Shown in pieces: positions 51,174 through 63,720 of a DNA stretch of 64,000 nucleotides. How positions within the stretch are numbered: position 1 is the first letter of the stretch; each line of letters starts with the position of its first letter. This DNA is from Lepidodermella squamata (lineage: Eukaryota > Animalia > Gastrotricha): positions 868,001-932,000 of the forward strand of contig JBLDXI010000019.1 of the NCBI GenBank assembly GCA_047495785.1. Direction: 5' to 3'. The translations under genes and the position numbers were made by a program. The notes beneath the pieces were generated by a model. That model ran no database searches. It worked only from the letters and a program-made list of their open reading frames with translations, and had not been told where the DNA came from.

Positions 51174-51621
51174 AATTTTATGGCAATAAAGCGACGAAAC
51201 TTGCGAAATATTCAAAGCTGTTTTGTTTATTATTTTTCACAGCCTTTTGCTTCGCACTTTTGCTTCGAGGAAAAAGCCACATCGAGTCAAAGTTCATGCG
51301 GCATGCGGCGTCCCGTGTTTGTTGAAAAAGATGAGTATATTAAAATGTAATATACTATTAACAACTCGATACCTCAACACCTCAACTAGAGCGTCGCAGC
51401 TCGGCCCGCTCGAATTTCGCGCTGCGCGCGCGCGTTACCCGCGATTTTCGGCGGGGTGAGCAAATTCCAATTTGTTTTATCAATTTTTTGCAATGAGATA
51501 AAAATAATACGAATAAAAATGTATTGCATTATGAATTTTGCCACGTGATTCGCGTTTTCCGGGGGCGCCGCCGCGCGGGTTTTTTGCTTTTTATTATGCC
51601 GTGACCGCAGCGTGACAGGTG

Positions 51622-52305
51622 CAGTAGCGGCGCCAGAGGGGGGCCTGACGAGATTTTTCTCGAACTCTCGCCCCCTGGAAATTATGTACAGCTCTCAACC
51701 CAAATTCGGAGCATTTTTAGGCTATTCCTGCGGAAAACGCCACAGAAATAGCGCCAGCTAAAGCTCGCTTCGCTCGCGTTATAGCCAGTAGTTAACATTT
51801 GCGCTCTGGTTCTAGAACTCCTAGGTTTTTTTGTATAGAATGCTTTCTCAGGGATCTAAACTCAATTCAACAATCTTTAATAAGGTTGCAAAAGCTTTAC
51901 TTTTAACCGGTATAGCTAAGGCGGCCAATGGGCAGAAATGCACTCAACAAGGTGGTGACGGTTTACGACGCCTCACGCCCGTGTCAGAAGAAGAATTTGC
52001 TGATATCGAGACTCCTGACAACTCCAGATTAGGGAATTGGGTCAAAATATTGAAGCATTTCCAAGTTAGTCCCCGAGTTTAATTTGAAAAATAGCTTTAG
52101 CTAAAGCTCGCTTCGATCGCATGGAGATTTTTGTGTCTTCATTGGTCTTCATTGGTAGCGTTAGATACTATCTCCAATTTCAACGCTCAGCTACAATCTT
52201 TCGCACACATACACACAAAATTGAAGTATTTTCGCTAGCTTAGTATCGATAGTTATTGCCCCCAGTTTCGCCCAGTTCGACAGCAGAACCCTGGTGCCGT
52301 CCCTG
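51622..52305. mobile_element. Non-autonomous hAT-type element (684 bp)
   Basis: Imperfect TIRs CAGTAGCGGCGCCAG / CTGGTGCCGTCCCTG and a perfect 8-bp TSD GACAGGTG at 51614-51621 and 52306-52313. Confidence 0.8.
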
Positions 52306-52599
52306 GACAGGTGGAGCGCAAGCTCGCGATTTTCTCACTAGCTCCTAGCTCCGCCTAATGGCGGAGGCTCGAGTCCGTCCGGGCGAAGAGAAATCGTCAT
52401 CGTTTACCGTCATCGTGCGCCGGCACTCCCTGCCCTCTGCTCTGCCCTAGCGCTTTTCCTGACGTTTTCCGCCTACTGACATGGCTGATTGTGCTCTTGT
52501 TTCATGCTGTGCTTCATACCTGAGGTATGAGGTATGAGGTATGAGGTTGCTGTTGCTACAATTTTCAGTAATTTTAAATCTCAGCCACTAAGTGGAGTC

Positions 52600-53590
52600 A
52601 TGTAACTGCACCCCTGCGTTTCTGCATCAGCAATCTTGAACTCTTATTTTGAAGCGAGCAGGTGTATGTGGCAGGTGTATACTACATGGGATCATGTAAC
52701 TCTTCAAAGAGCATGCAATAGAAGCACGACTGAACATAATGGACTAATGCGAGTACCTTGATTACTGGTGTCCAAATAAGATCAAAGCCTCATATCAGCT
52801 TTTCTGATTTTAGTTGCTGTAGTCGTTCAAATGCGAAAAGAGATCAAATTTTATGACGAAGTTGACTCCCAATATGAATCGAAAAAGACCTTGTCACCAT
52901 ATGAACAGCGTACTCCTTGCTTCGGCATTTCACCTCCGCAGTCGTATCTGTGAATATAATCTATGACGTTTCACTTCAAATGACAGAAATTGTCGTCGAT
53001 ATTGTCTTTTGAGACAGCGACGTATCAACCTCATCATCGTCTTTAATGTCGTCATTATTGTGCTTAGCCTATGAATCCAACCCGAAATATCAACCTATCC
53101 CATTCCAGGCTATGATTTTATCATGTACGCAATCTCAATTCGAAAGAAAGCAAGAAAAATTGACATAACGCAAAATAAAATTGAAGAAAATTATCTTTAA
53201 TTCGATGCTCGATCAAGTTAATCGATAAATTACGAAAATTTCAGTAACAATGATCAGCCCACTGATAACTAGGGGCCTCCCATTGATCATTTGCATCGAC
53301 AAGCAACATATCGACAAACAGATCGATGATGTTGCGCATGCATATCAACAAGCATCCTTAAAAAAGCGCGACACGGCAATGTTGCGATCAACCAGGGTGC
53401 AGTCTTCACTTCTAGCAGAGCTGGGATCTTCTTACCAGCAGCAGCCATTGTATGGCCAGCTGGGGAACATTTTCCCCATACCCCATACCCCATACCTGTT
53501 GAACGCGTAACGTTGACGTTCGGTGTTGAGGAACCAACTTCGCTTTTCAGTCTTGAAGAGCTGCAATGTTCATAAAATGTAAACAAATTC
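52600..53590 (+). pseudogene. Possible highly decayed hAT transposase remnant
   Basis: Fragments across frames (IPVERV.., RNQLRFSVLK, AMFIKC) resemble the hAT C-terminal dimerisation motif; many stops. Confidence 0.3.
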
Positions 53591-53801
53591 GAAATAGATG
53601 AGTTTTATAGGTGGCAAACTAACGAGTGAACATCAGACATAAGACTTTGTGTGACAATAAACGTCAAAGTTCGACGATTAACGACCGCAACTACATTGCA
53701 AAAAAGCTGGCTTTTTCTCAAGTCTGAGAACGTGGGGCAGTCAAAAACTCAACACAGCTGATCTGGACAAGACATATACCTTACAAGGCATTGCTCTTGC
53801 A

Positions 53802-56228
53802 CATAGAGAACAGAAGTACAAGAGAGGAAACTCGCGCTGGAAACTTGAAACATTAATTCGAAGCGGTTTTTTTAAGCCGGATCTTTTCACAAAATGCGCG
53901 TTCTTTTTTAGCGCTCTTTTCTCGCGCAAACCCACAAAATTTCGGCAAAGCTTTTCTCCGGCTGTACTACTCCAAATCGGATTCCCTTTTTTATGGTGAA
54001 TAGACCTTGTCTGGAACTTCAAAATTGCAAAAGGTTGGGCCGATATGTGCAACGGCCAAGCCTTGGCACCCTTCTGAAGCTGAAAAAATTCAGCGAAAAA
54101 TTTCGCAAAAATAGCTCATTTTCGACGAATTTTTTCGTCGAAAGGTGTGTCGCCGATTTTAAGGAATTTTCGCATGGAGATAGAGAATGCTTTGAACTAC
54201 TTAACCCCAAAGGGGCGGGTCCGTATACGCAATAGCAAATGTTTAGGAAGTGTTGGCGTAACACCCACTTTTTCACATAATGCGCGTGGAAATAGCTGTT
54301 CCACACAGCAGCAAATCGTCATTCGGTGATATAGTTTTGTTGTAAAATCTTCATCTGGCAAACCAACCCAGTTGGTTCGATGCAAAATCAAAGTTTACTC
54401 CATCGCTACTTGCCTACCTCAAGCTATTTTTCCGATTTAATGGGTCCAAATCCGAAGATGGCTATTTGTTTACCGTTAGCTATGACATAATGGCCGCTTG
54501 CCACTTGTCGGCTCAACCATTGCATTATTACGTATATTTTCTGGCTAGTTTTAGCGAAAAATAGCATCTGGACATACAGAATGGGACAAAATAGCTACCT
54601 CTAGGGAAATAACTAACCTATTAAAAATCAAATAATTATCTGATTGGGACTATGCCGACTTTCAAGATTTAATATCATAAAGGTCGCCAAGGTCGCGAAG
54701 TACGATGGAGCCCAACTGATGACTTATTGATGACAGACTTCAGTAGAACTAGTAACAGTAACCTTGAACTGAATTGACTTAATATCACGGAGTTGATTTG
54801 CTCCCTTTTTAGACTTATCAGTAGACTTGATTCGAGTTGCTTTGTGTTGTTTTTCAGTTGCCAGCGGGTACGAAATTTGCGTACTATTTGCGCAAGCGCC
54901 AATAAGTCTTGATGAGTTGAGTTGTTAGTTGAGTTACAAAATGAAAGCATATCAACTTAATTCGAGACTGGAAAATAATGTTGGATTATTATGTGACCTA
55001 TGTGACCTATTGTTTCTTGCTTATTTGCTCCTCGGAGACCAATTTCTGCTCACTCTCACTTCTGCTTTCTCTGCTCACCTGATTTTATTTGGAATTCGGT
55101 CAGTTGAGTTTCTCAAAGCTCAAAGCTCGTTTTATAGTTGGATGCCACCTATTTGCATATGTCGTAGGAGATAACGATAACTTTCTTTTAGCCATGATGG
55201 AAGTAGATACGAACTTATAGTATTCTGCTTCCTAATGCTGCTTCCTAATTCAAGGACAGCTGCTTTTTCTAAGATAGCATATGGCATATAGTTAATTCCT
55301 AATTGCTAAATGTTGAAAGACAAATTGCAAAATGAAACAGTATCAGTATCAGTATCAGTATATTGAAGAGATTTTTCGATTTACCGCTCAAGCACTTCTA
55401 CCCCTCTAGTTTTCTTAGGGGCGAGACTCACGCAATTTCATGTAAAGTTTGCCCCTTCTAGTTGACCAAAGAAGAGGATAAAATGCTCAAGAAAGGACTC
55501 GGATTTCTCAAGATCGATAAGCGAGCAATTACCTAACGGCTAACGATGAAATTATTTGGTTCGAAAATAGTCTAAATAGTCTAAACAGGCTAATTTTCTT
55601 CTTGATTGATCGAATCGAGGCATCAGTCCAGCAATGGCTGATCATAACGAAGGCGTAAAAAAATCATCTGGAAGACTTTATAAATTTTGACTCATAAAGT
55701 AAGATAAAGATGGTAGAACTTTGTAAGAGATAGTTCACAGTATGGTTGCAATATCACGAAAATAGGTTTCCTTCGAAGAGATCCTAAACATTTGCTATTG
55801 CGTATACGGACCCGCCCCTTTGGGGTTAAGTAGTTCAAAGCATTCTCTATCTCCATGCGAAAATTCCTTAAAATCGGCGACACACCTTTCGACGAAAAAA
55901 TTCGTCGAAAATGAGCTATTTTTGCGAAATTTTTCGCTGAATTTTTTCAGCTTCAGAAGGGTGCCAAGGCTTGGCCGTTGCACATATCGGCCCAACCTTT
56001 TGCAATTTTGAAGTTCCAGACAAGGTCTATTCACCATAAAAAAGGGAATCCGATTTGGAGTAGTACAGCCGGAGAAAAGCTTTGCCGAAATTTTGTGGGT
56101 TTGCGCGAGAAAAGAGCGCTAAAAAAGAACGCGCATTTTGTGAAAAGATCCGGCTTAAAAAAACCGCTTCGAATTAATGTTTCAAGTTTCCAGCGCGAGT
56201 TTCCTCTCTTGTACTTCTGTTCTCTATG
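53802..56228. mobile_element. Non-autonomous foldback DNA transposon, probably P superfamily (2427 bp)
   Basis: 447-bp inverted repeats at 53802-54248 and 55782-56228 that appear identical, beginning CATAG (fits CANRG). 8-bp TSD CTCTTGCA at 53794-53801 and 56229-56236. Confidence 0.92.
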
Positions 56229-56569
56229 CTCTTGCATCATTATTTCACAAAAGAAAGACTTGATAAAAGTAGAAAGTTGAACAAAATCCGAGTTGGCGGG
56301 TACCCCTACCACGATAACGCTTTCTCGTGTTTGGAGACCCCGATGTATTCCGAATCTCGGTTAAATCGACCTAAAAACATCATAGGCGTTACGATACACC
56401 GTTGATATATCATTATAACACAAAAGAAAGACCTGGCCGAAGTAAAAACTTGAAAAAATTTCCACTTTCCACTTTTTCAGAGGGCCAGTGTTGTAAATCT
56501 AGATAACACAGCCCGGCAAGAGTGGGGTCTATGGATAGCCCTTAATAATCCCTATTTGAGGCACGCATA

Positions 56570-59500
56570 TTCATTTCAGTTGCCTTCGCCATTTGGTGAC
56601 ACTGGAGAAAACCGGGTCGGACGAGTGTTATCAAGTACCCTATTAATACTGGCAACGCTCTTCCTTCTCGCCAACCCCCGCGTCGGTATGCGCCCAAAAT
56701 TCATCAAATTATCGATGAAGAGTTGGAGAAAATGATTAAACATGGGATAGTTCGACCATCTAAGAGTCCCTGGTGTTCTCAAATCGTAGTTGTATTCAAA
56801 TCTGATGGTTCACCCCGCGCATGTGTTGATTTTCGCGATGTCAACAGGAAAACGATTCGTGATTCCTATCCCTTGCCCAGAATTGATGATAGCCTCGATG
56901 CGTTGTCGAATAGCCGTTATTTTTCAGTGCTCGACCTTCAAAGTGCTTATTGGCAAGTGGAGCTCGAAGATGATGCTATTCCTAAAACCGCGTTTGCCAC
57001 GAGGCGAGGGTTGTTCGAGTTTGTTACCTTGCCCTTTGGACTTTGTAATGCCCCGGCGAATTTTCAACGCTTAATGGAAGTAGTTTTGGCTGGTTTGCTC
57101 TGGACTCATTGCCTTGTTTATCTTGATGACACTATCGTGAAATCTGTTTCAATTGATGATCACTTTGTGCGCCTGCGTGAAGTCTTTGAGCGTTTTCGTA
57201 AGCACGGGCTGAAACTCAAACCCAGCAAGTGTAACTTCTTTCAGGACAAAGTCAAATATCTAGGTCATATCGTCTCGGCTGATGGAGTGCGTGCGAACCC
57301 TGAAAAAATTAAAGCTGTGAAAGAATTTCCCCGGCCTGACTCGCGTGAAAAAGTTCGCCAATTTCTCGGGTTAGCGGGTTATTTTCGTCGTTTAATCAAG
57401 GATTTCGCCGAAATTGCCGCACCGTTACATAAGCTTTCAGCTCCTAGGTCAAATTTTGTGTGGTCTGAAGCGGAGGAAAAATCTTTTCTGTCTCTTAAGG
57501 CTGCTCTTTGTTCTGACCCAGTTATTGCTTTTCCTGACTTTAATAAGAAGTTCTATGTGCACTGTGACGCATCTGATACTGCGATTGGTGCTGTGTTGGT
57601 GCAAAAAGATGACCAAGGGTTTGATCGGCCTATTTCTTATGCATCGCGTGTGTTAACGCCTATTGAGGCGGGCTGGTGTGTGACTGAGCGTGAAGCTTTG
57701 GCGTGTTATTGGAGCGTTGAGTATTTTCGGCCGTATTTATATGGTCGGAAATTTACCTTGGTTACCGATCATCGCGCGTTAGCATGGCTGCGTTCTCTTA
57801 AGAAACCCACTCGTCGAGTTGCGCGTTGGATTCTAGCTTTGGATCCTGAAGATTATGATGTTGTGCATAAGCCTGGCAGGTTGAATTCTGACGCTGATGC
57901 GCTGTCGCGAAATCCGGTTCCAGCCGACGAACCGCTGAATCCTTTGTCTGCTATTGATCGTGTTTGTGCTGCCTTAGTTTTTGACAAGGATGCTCCTTTT
58001 TCGAATACCGATTTGGTTGCAGCTCAGAACGCTGATAAGGATTTCAAGGCGATTATTGAGGCTAAACGCCGTAATTTTCTTTCTTTTCATCTTCCGAAAA
58101 AAGCCTCTTTCACTTTACGTAAACTTGCGAAACTATATAACTTTCTTGAGCTTAATAATGACGGCTTGCTAGTTTGGGCTCCAAATGGGTTGCCCAGCTC
58201 GAAAAGGTTACTTGTTGTTCCTACTTCTTTGCGTTTGCCTTTACTTCGGGTTTTCCACGATCTACCTACTTCTGCTCACACTGATGCTCGTCGAACCTTC
58301 CTGAAAATGAGTACTGCTTATTATTGGCCAGGGATGCGCAATGACGTCGCCTATTACTGTCGAGCGTGCTTTAAATGTTGTCTTCATAAAATTTCCACGA
58401 AATCGAAATCGCCTCCTTTAACTCCTATTTACTCAGGCCGTGAACCTTTTGAGCAAATTGGCATTGATATTGTTGGTCCTCTACCCACTTCTAGCCTAGG
58501 CTACCGATATATCTTGGTTATCTCGGATTATATGACTCGATGGGCTGAGTTTTATTGCCTCAAAACTATTGACTCTCAACATGTTGCAAAATGCGTGGAG
58601 GACTGGATAACTCGTCATGGGGTTCCGCGTATTTTAATATCTGATCAAGGTTCCCAGTTTGAGTCTAGCCTATTTTCGGATCTCTGCCGTTTGTTCGGCA
58701 TTGAAAAACGTCGGACGGCCGCCTTTAGACCTCAAACTGACGGTCTGGTTGAGCGCCTCAACCGCTCCTTGAAAGAGATGCTCAGTAAGTTTTGCGATGA
58801 AAATCGTGCAAGTTGGCCCACATTCTTGCCTCAAGTCGCCATGGCCTATAGGACCTCTTGTCATTCTTCTACTGGTTTTACTCCGTTTGAGTTGGTTTAT
58901 GGTCGGAAACCAGTTTTACCTGCTCATATCTTATTTTCTTCTTCTTTTACTCCATCTCCTTCTCTTTCTCGTTCGTATGCGGAATTTCTTCAGCAGTTGA
59001 AACATCGTCTCGAATTAGTTTGGGATGAGGCAAATTGTAAATCGGATGCTTCGCGTCAAGCGGCTGCTGATCGTCAGCGTAGTTGTGTGATCCGTAAATT
59101 TTCCCCTGGGGACACCGTTTTATTGGATGTTCCCAGCGTGGTTCACCGCTCTACCTTTGCGCCCCGTCGTAATGGGCCTTTCCGCGTTGTTCAAACGATA
59201 TCCGACTCCTTGGTCACTATCTGCCCGGTTAATAAAGATGGCTGGGTCGATCTTAATAATCGTCAGAATGTAAATATTTCGCGCCTAGAGCGTTATTCGC
59301 CTTTCCTTTCTTTACCTTCTGCATCTTCGTCTTCTTCTACCCCTATGTCGAAATCTGGCTTGCAACCTACTGCTGAGTCTTGTCCTCGTGTGGCCGATGA
59401 TTCTGGTGCCTCTCCGTTGATATCTTTCGATGATGGCTCGTCTTGTGATGATTTTGTTTTTCCTTTTTCCCAAGTTGCTGACATTTCGGGTCTGTACCAA

Positions 59501-59797
59501 CGGAAGGGAGGGGAGAGGATAAGGGTTGGTAGTGATTTGGTTTCGGGCTCAAAAATTGAGGTTAACCCGTTTCATTTCAGCCCTGTTTCTGCGCCTGGTT
59601 CATCTGGTTCGTCTGGTTTTCCTGCTGTTCGGAAGTCTAAACGGAAGTCTGTCGCCACGCGTGTTAAATCGTCTAATGTTACTACTAGCCGTCAATCGAA
59701 TGTTCGCGTCTTGCGTGACCGGTCGAAGATTGGCCGATGGAACCCGTATGGGGCGGTTACGGATCCGTCTGGGAAAGCGAAATTCGTTTTGAAATAA
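56570..59797 (+). mobile_element. Ty3/Gypsy LTR retrotransposon pol (RT-RNaseH-integrase), 5'-truncated
   Basis: SPWCSQIVVV, CVDFRDVN, LDLQSAYWQ, PFGLCNAP, YLDD, CDASDTAIGAVL, HHCC zinc finger, IDIVGP/SDQGSQF/GLVERLN and a GPF motif. No gag, protease or 5' LTR upstream. Confidence 0.95.
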
Positions 59798-59939
59798 TAA
59801 TTTGATCATCTTATTTGAATGATTTGGAATCATAATTATTATTGGATTGAATTGATTCAATATTGGATTTGAATTGTACAATTATACTTGTTATTCATTG
59901 TCCCTCCAGTTTTCGGAAAAATGGCTTCACAATTTTGTG

Positions 59940-59956
59940 TATATATATATATATAT
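59940..59956. repeat. (TA)n microsatellite
   Basis: tatatatatatatatat. Confidence 0.85.
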
Positions 59957-61690
59957 GTATTAATATGTGCTGTCCTTTCCTCGTGATTGGCGCACGTTGT
60001 TTTCATTGAAACATTCCTTATTGAATGGAATTTAATTGCGTTATTATCACTACGCTTTACCTATGCACTCGGAAATGAAAGTGAATTGTTCTGATTTCTG
60101 TTGAAATATAACTGAATTTAATCCGTGGGGTATGTTAGACCCATATCTTATATATTACTATGATTCATTCGTGTTATGATTCATTATACGACCGCATGGT
60201 CGGACCACGTGGCGGTGGCCTTATAAACGAGAAATATCGACAATAAAAATGACTTCCGGTTGGTACGCATTCGACTTGTTATATATGGCATTGGCCTAAC
60301 AAAATACAAAATTTTCGGTAACGTAGATGACGCGAAAAGTGCACATCTTGTTAGGAGTCCCCAGGGTCAAAAAAACAGATTAGCGCGACAGCAATCACAC
60401 ATACTGATGAGGGTACCCTAGTGAACACTAATACGAGGTCCAATTACTTCCAGTCCTTCAGAGACTGAAGAACGGCTAAGTCAAAGTTGGTCGAAATTCG
60501 ACAGTCAGAAATTCGCGGTCACAGCTGAACTGGCTTGGCCGAGTTCTGAAAAAGTAAAACAGATGCGCGAAAACTGACTGCGGTTTAGTGAACTACCCTG
60601 TTAGAACTAAATAATAGCGCATGAAACAGCCCGATAGGAGATAACTTTCCTCGGACCCCTCTGGTTACGTTTAACGGAAAAACACCCATGTAGTTGATTT
60701 GAATACAGCAACTCCGAACATAGTGCCAGCTATAGCTCGCTTCGCTCGCGTTACCACAAATGCGCTCTGCGCTATAGGGCTCTCTAGGTTTTCTAAAATG
60801 GCGGAAGCCACAAATTTTACTGAAACCCTGCCTCCTTTCATCTGCGGCTGTTGAAGCATTCGGAGTGAACAGCATACTTATTCTTGTTTATATGGCGTGT
60901 TGGCATGGGGATTTAAGACTAGTCTTTTAATCTTGTTTGTAGAGCTTGCTTAGATCATGTACATTGAGCTGCGGGCTTATCACAATCTTGTGGCTCACTT
61001 CTTGTGTTGTTAAATCACAAAGGTCTTATGGATGTTGTATTTTCTATTTAGGCCATTAAATGCTGAATCGTCCTGAAAATGGCAATTCGATGCCTGTGCT
61101 TGCACGTGTATCGTGTGCCCCTGAATGGCTGGACAGCAATATTGGATGAATGGGTGACTCGGGAACTCGGCTGGAAAAAGTCTCCGGCACTACAATCAAT
61201 CAAAAGTGCAACCAATCATTTACTACAATCTACTACAATCAATCATCTGCTCAGGAATCATCTGCCGGCAGGAACTTTTTTGTGCCCGCCCTTTAACTTA
61301 CCCGATTAACTTGTCATCATTGGATCCAAGGACCAGCTTCGTGTCGAAATGAAACTGGGTTATCTTTCATTACTGTTCTTGAGTTCCAGCTGGGAGTTGA
61401 TAATCACACATCTCTGACTGTGCCTGATTGTTTGACACGCGGCCGATTGGTTGGCCGAGCCGAATTACGGACCTGTTACCTTGATTCTCTTTACTTCATC
61501 GTTCACCTATCCATGGCAGCGTTGATAGTTCAGGATTGCATTTTTCTGTCTTAACAAAGCAATATCACCGGCCGAGTTGAATTTCGGGTCTTTAGATGCT
61601 CTTCAGAACGTTCAATCAATTCAATCTTCTAAAGCAAGTTGTATATTTTTTCAATGCTTTTTTGATTTCATACATTTATTTTAATTTTAG

Positions 61691-61858
61691 GAATGGTTAC
61701 TGCAATCAAACTGCCGAGTTTCATGCTTGCCTTTCGTCACCGCGAAGCTTGTCTAATTGCCAAGAAAACGTCAATGACCGAGCCGCATTATGGACCTATT
61801 TTACCATGACTCTTAACTGTACCTATGAATGGCAGAGTTATCAAGAGAATGCGTGCTG
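61691..61858 (+). other. Isolated exon-like segment encoding a Cys-rich peptide
   Basis: TTTTAG acceptor, open frame NGYCNQTAEFHACL...NCTYEW, GT donor and a downstream TTTAG at 61930. A full gene could not be reconstructed. Confidence 0.35.
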
Positions 61859-62507
61859 GTTGATTACCATTGTTAATCATAATAAAATGATTTCATTTTG
61901 CTTTGCCAAATTTTTACCCCACTTGTTTAGGACCATTGTATGATAGTGCCAAGTTTTTGCATGCAGACTTGGCGCATAAATTCAAAGGAAGACAATGGTT
62001 CTCTCTGTTTATCACTCTGGATAATAAATGGATTGTGTGAAATTTGTTGATCATTTCGATTGGCCAGGTCAACTGGGACAAGGGAGCAATGTGACAATCG
62101 AGATGTAACTGAAGTCAACGAGGAGTTGTGATTACCCGTGACATCATGCTAAATGATGACAGTTGTGACCAGAGGATGAACACACTAACAAGAGTACAGG
62201 AACAAATGCAGAATTCTTGGTTGGAAACTGAAGTCAGGAGTAAAACTAACACGAAAATTGGAAAAGCAATCATTGTTTCCGCTGGTTATTTGGGCTATCA
62301 AGTTGATTTGAACAAAGAGTTCAGTTCAAGGCAATAAATTGAAGAAGCAATGAACATTTGGTTGCTGAGAATAAGCTAAGAATGATCTGCACCTCAGCCA
62401 GCCCGTGCTGGTGAGAAATACCTGACAGTACGGAACAGTAATAAGACATGCCGAATTTAGGAGGTAAAATGAAACTGTTCAATGAATTTGAGATGAGCAA
62501 AGAAGAG

Positions 62508-62600
62508 ATGCTGAATGCTGAATGCTGAATTTAAGGAAGAATGAAGAAATGCTGAATGCTGATTTCGCTGAATTTAGGATGTGCGACAATGCTGACTGCT
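62508..62600. repeat. Degenerate (GAATGCT)n minisatellite
   Basis: Repeated ATGCTGA/GAATGCT units. Confidence 0.6.
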
Positions 62601-62771
62601 GATCCTGATTCGTGAATGTGAAAAAGTCACTTGGATTGATTTGATTGATGATCACGAGTCGTGGAAATATTGATCGATTTAAGAATCAGGCATTATATCC
62701 GATCTCTTCATTCAATCGACCGCATGTAGATATCTTATTTATTTATTTATTTATTTATATTTATTTTCTCA

Positions 62772-63720
62772 ATGGCAATGCTCGCAACGCCCGTCGTTAG
62801 CGACTTCTTGACGGCAGAAGCTCGGCAAGCCGGCGCAACAACGACACTTGCTGAGCTGAATTATGGGCCTTCAGACACGCAAACGCTCTACCTTCGCATC
62901 CGTCGGCTATCTGATTGCCGCACCGTCGCCAGACCGAACCCTCACACGCATGTCAGCAATTTAGTGGTGTGCGAGAGTCCTCGCTACATCAAAGGCGTCG
63001 TCATCATGGAGCGGTGGATCCACGCCAACGACCGGCTTCATGCTGATATGAAACTTGGCTCCTTTCTCACCATTCGCCACCTTGAGTTCCAGCTGGGAAT
63101 TGAGAATCACAATTACAGCTTGGTGGAGCACATGACCGACCTCGTCAGCCCGACCATGGAGCGCGGCCAAATCTCGAATTCGGCCGAATGGCCATGCCTC
63201 ATTGTGCGACACCCGGCTTCAATTACCTTGGGCGCTGAAGCAGCGTCCATGCTGGAGTTATCAGTTATTGAAAACGCTCGCTACAGTGATGAGTTTGATT
63301 TCCGGCCTCGGAACAGCGCAACCGAGCGCGAGATCAACGTGAATATTGTCGGCCAAATTTTCCATGAGACGTAGCTACGTCTCATGAAATTTTCGGCTTC
63401 ACGGACAAGGGCGCACGACCTGTCTACCAGGGCAACAGGAAAGTAGACGTTGAGCTGTGCATCGTCGAAATCCGGAACCTGAGCAATGACATGCTGTGCT
63501 AGTTATTTCAATTGAGCTCTCCAAATATTTATAAACTATGTTTTCCCATATTTCTTGTACAGCGATTTCGCTGTGGGGCCGTGCTGAGAAGCAGGCTATG
63601 CTGAAGGCCATGTCCGAGATGAACCAGGAAAAGCTCGATGGAGGCGACAATTTTCAGCCCTGGTGGCTTTATTTGCTGGAAGCAGGGGTCTCTGATAATG
63701 GCGTTGTTGGCACCTGTGCC
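62772..63720 (+). pseudogene. Disrupted gene for a putative tandem OB-fold (RPA70-like) protein
   Basis: LYLRIRRLSDCRTV...KLGSFLTI, INVNIVGQIF/GFTDKG...CIVEIRN and, after a probable intron, ISLWGRAE resemble RPA DBD-A/B patterns. The frame is broken by the 63363-63394 insertion. Confidence 0.45.
63355..63394. mobile_element. Transposon footprint: 24-bp perfect palindrome between 8-bp TSD copies
   Basis: AAATTTTC-[CATGAGACGTAGCTACGTCTCATG]-AAATTTTC. Confidence 0.88.

Noticed and set aside
52517-52547. (GAGGTAT)n short tandem repeat; also (CAGTAT)4 at ~55338
   Set aside because: Simple repeats with no further structure.
53741-56312. Duplicated 60-100 aa ORFs on opposite strands
   Set aside because: By-products of the 447-bp inverted repeats; no protein-like features.
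60400-60515. Hammerhead-like strings CTGATGAGGGTACCC and CTGAAGAACGGCTAA...TTGGTCGAAA
   Set aside because: The first lacks a GAAA box. The second has a stem II but no convincing helix I/III around a cleavage triplet.
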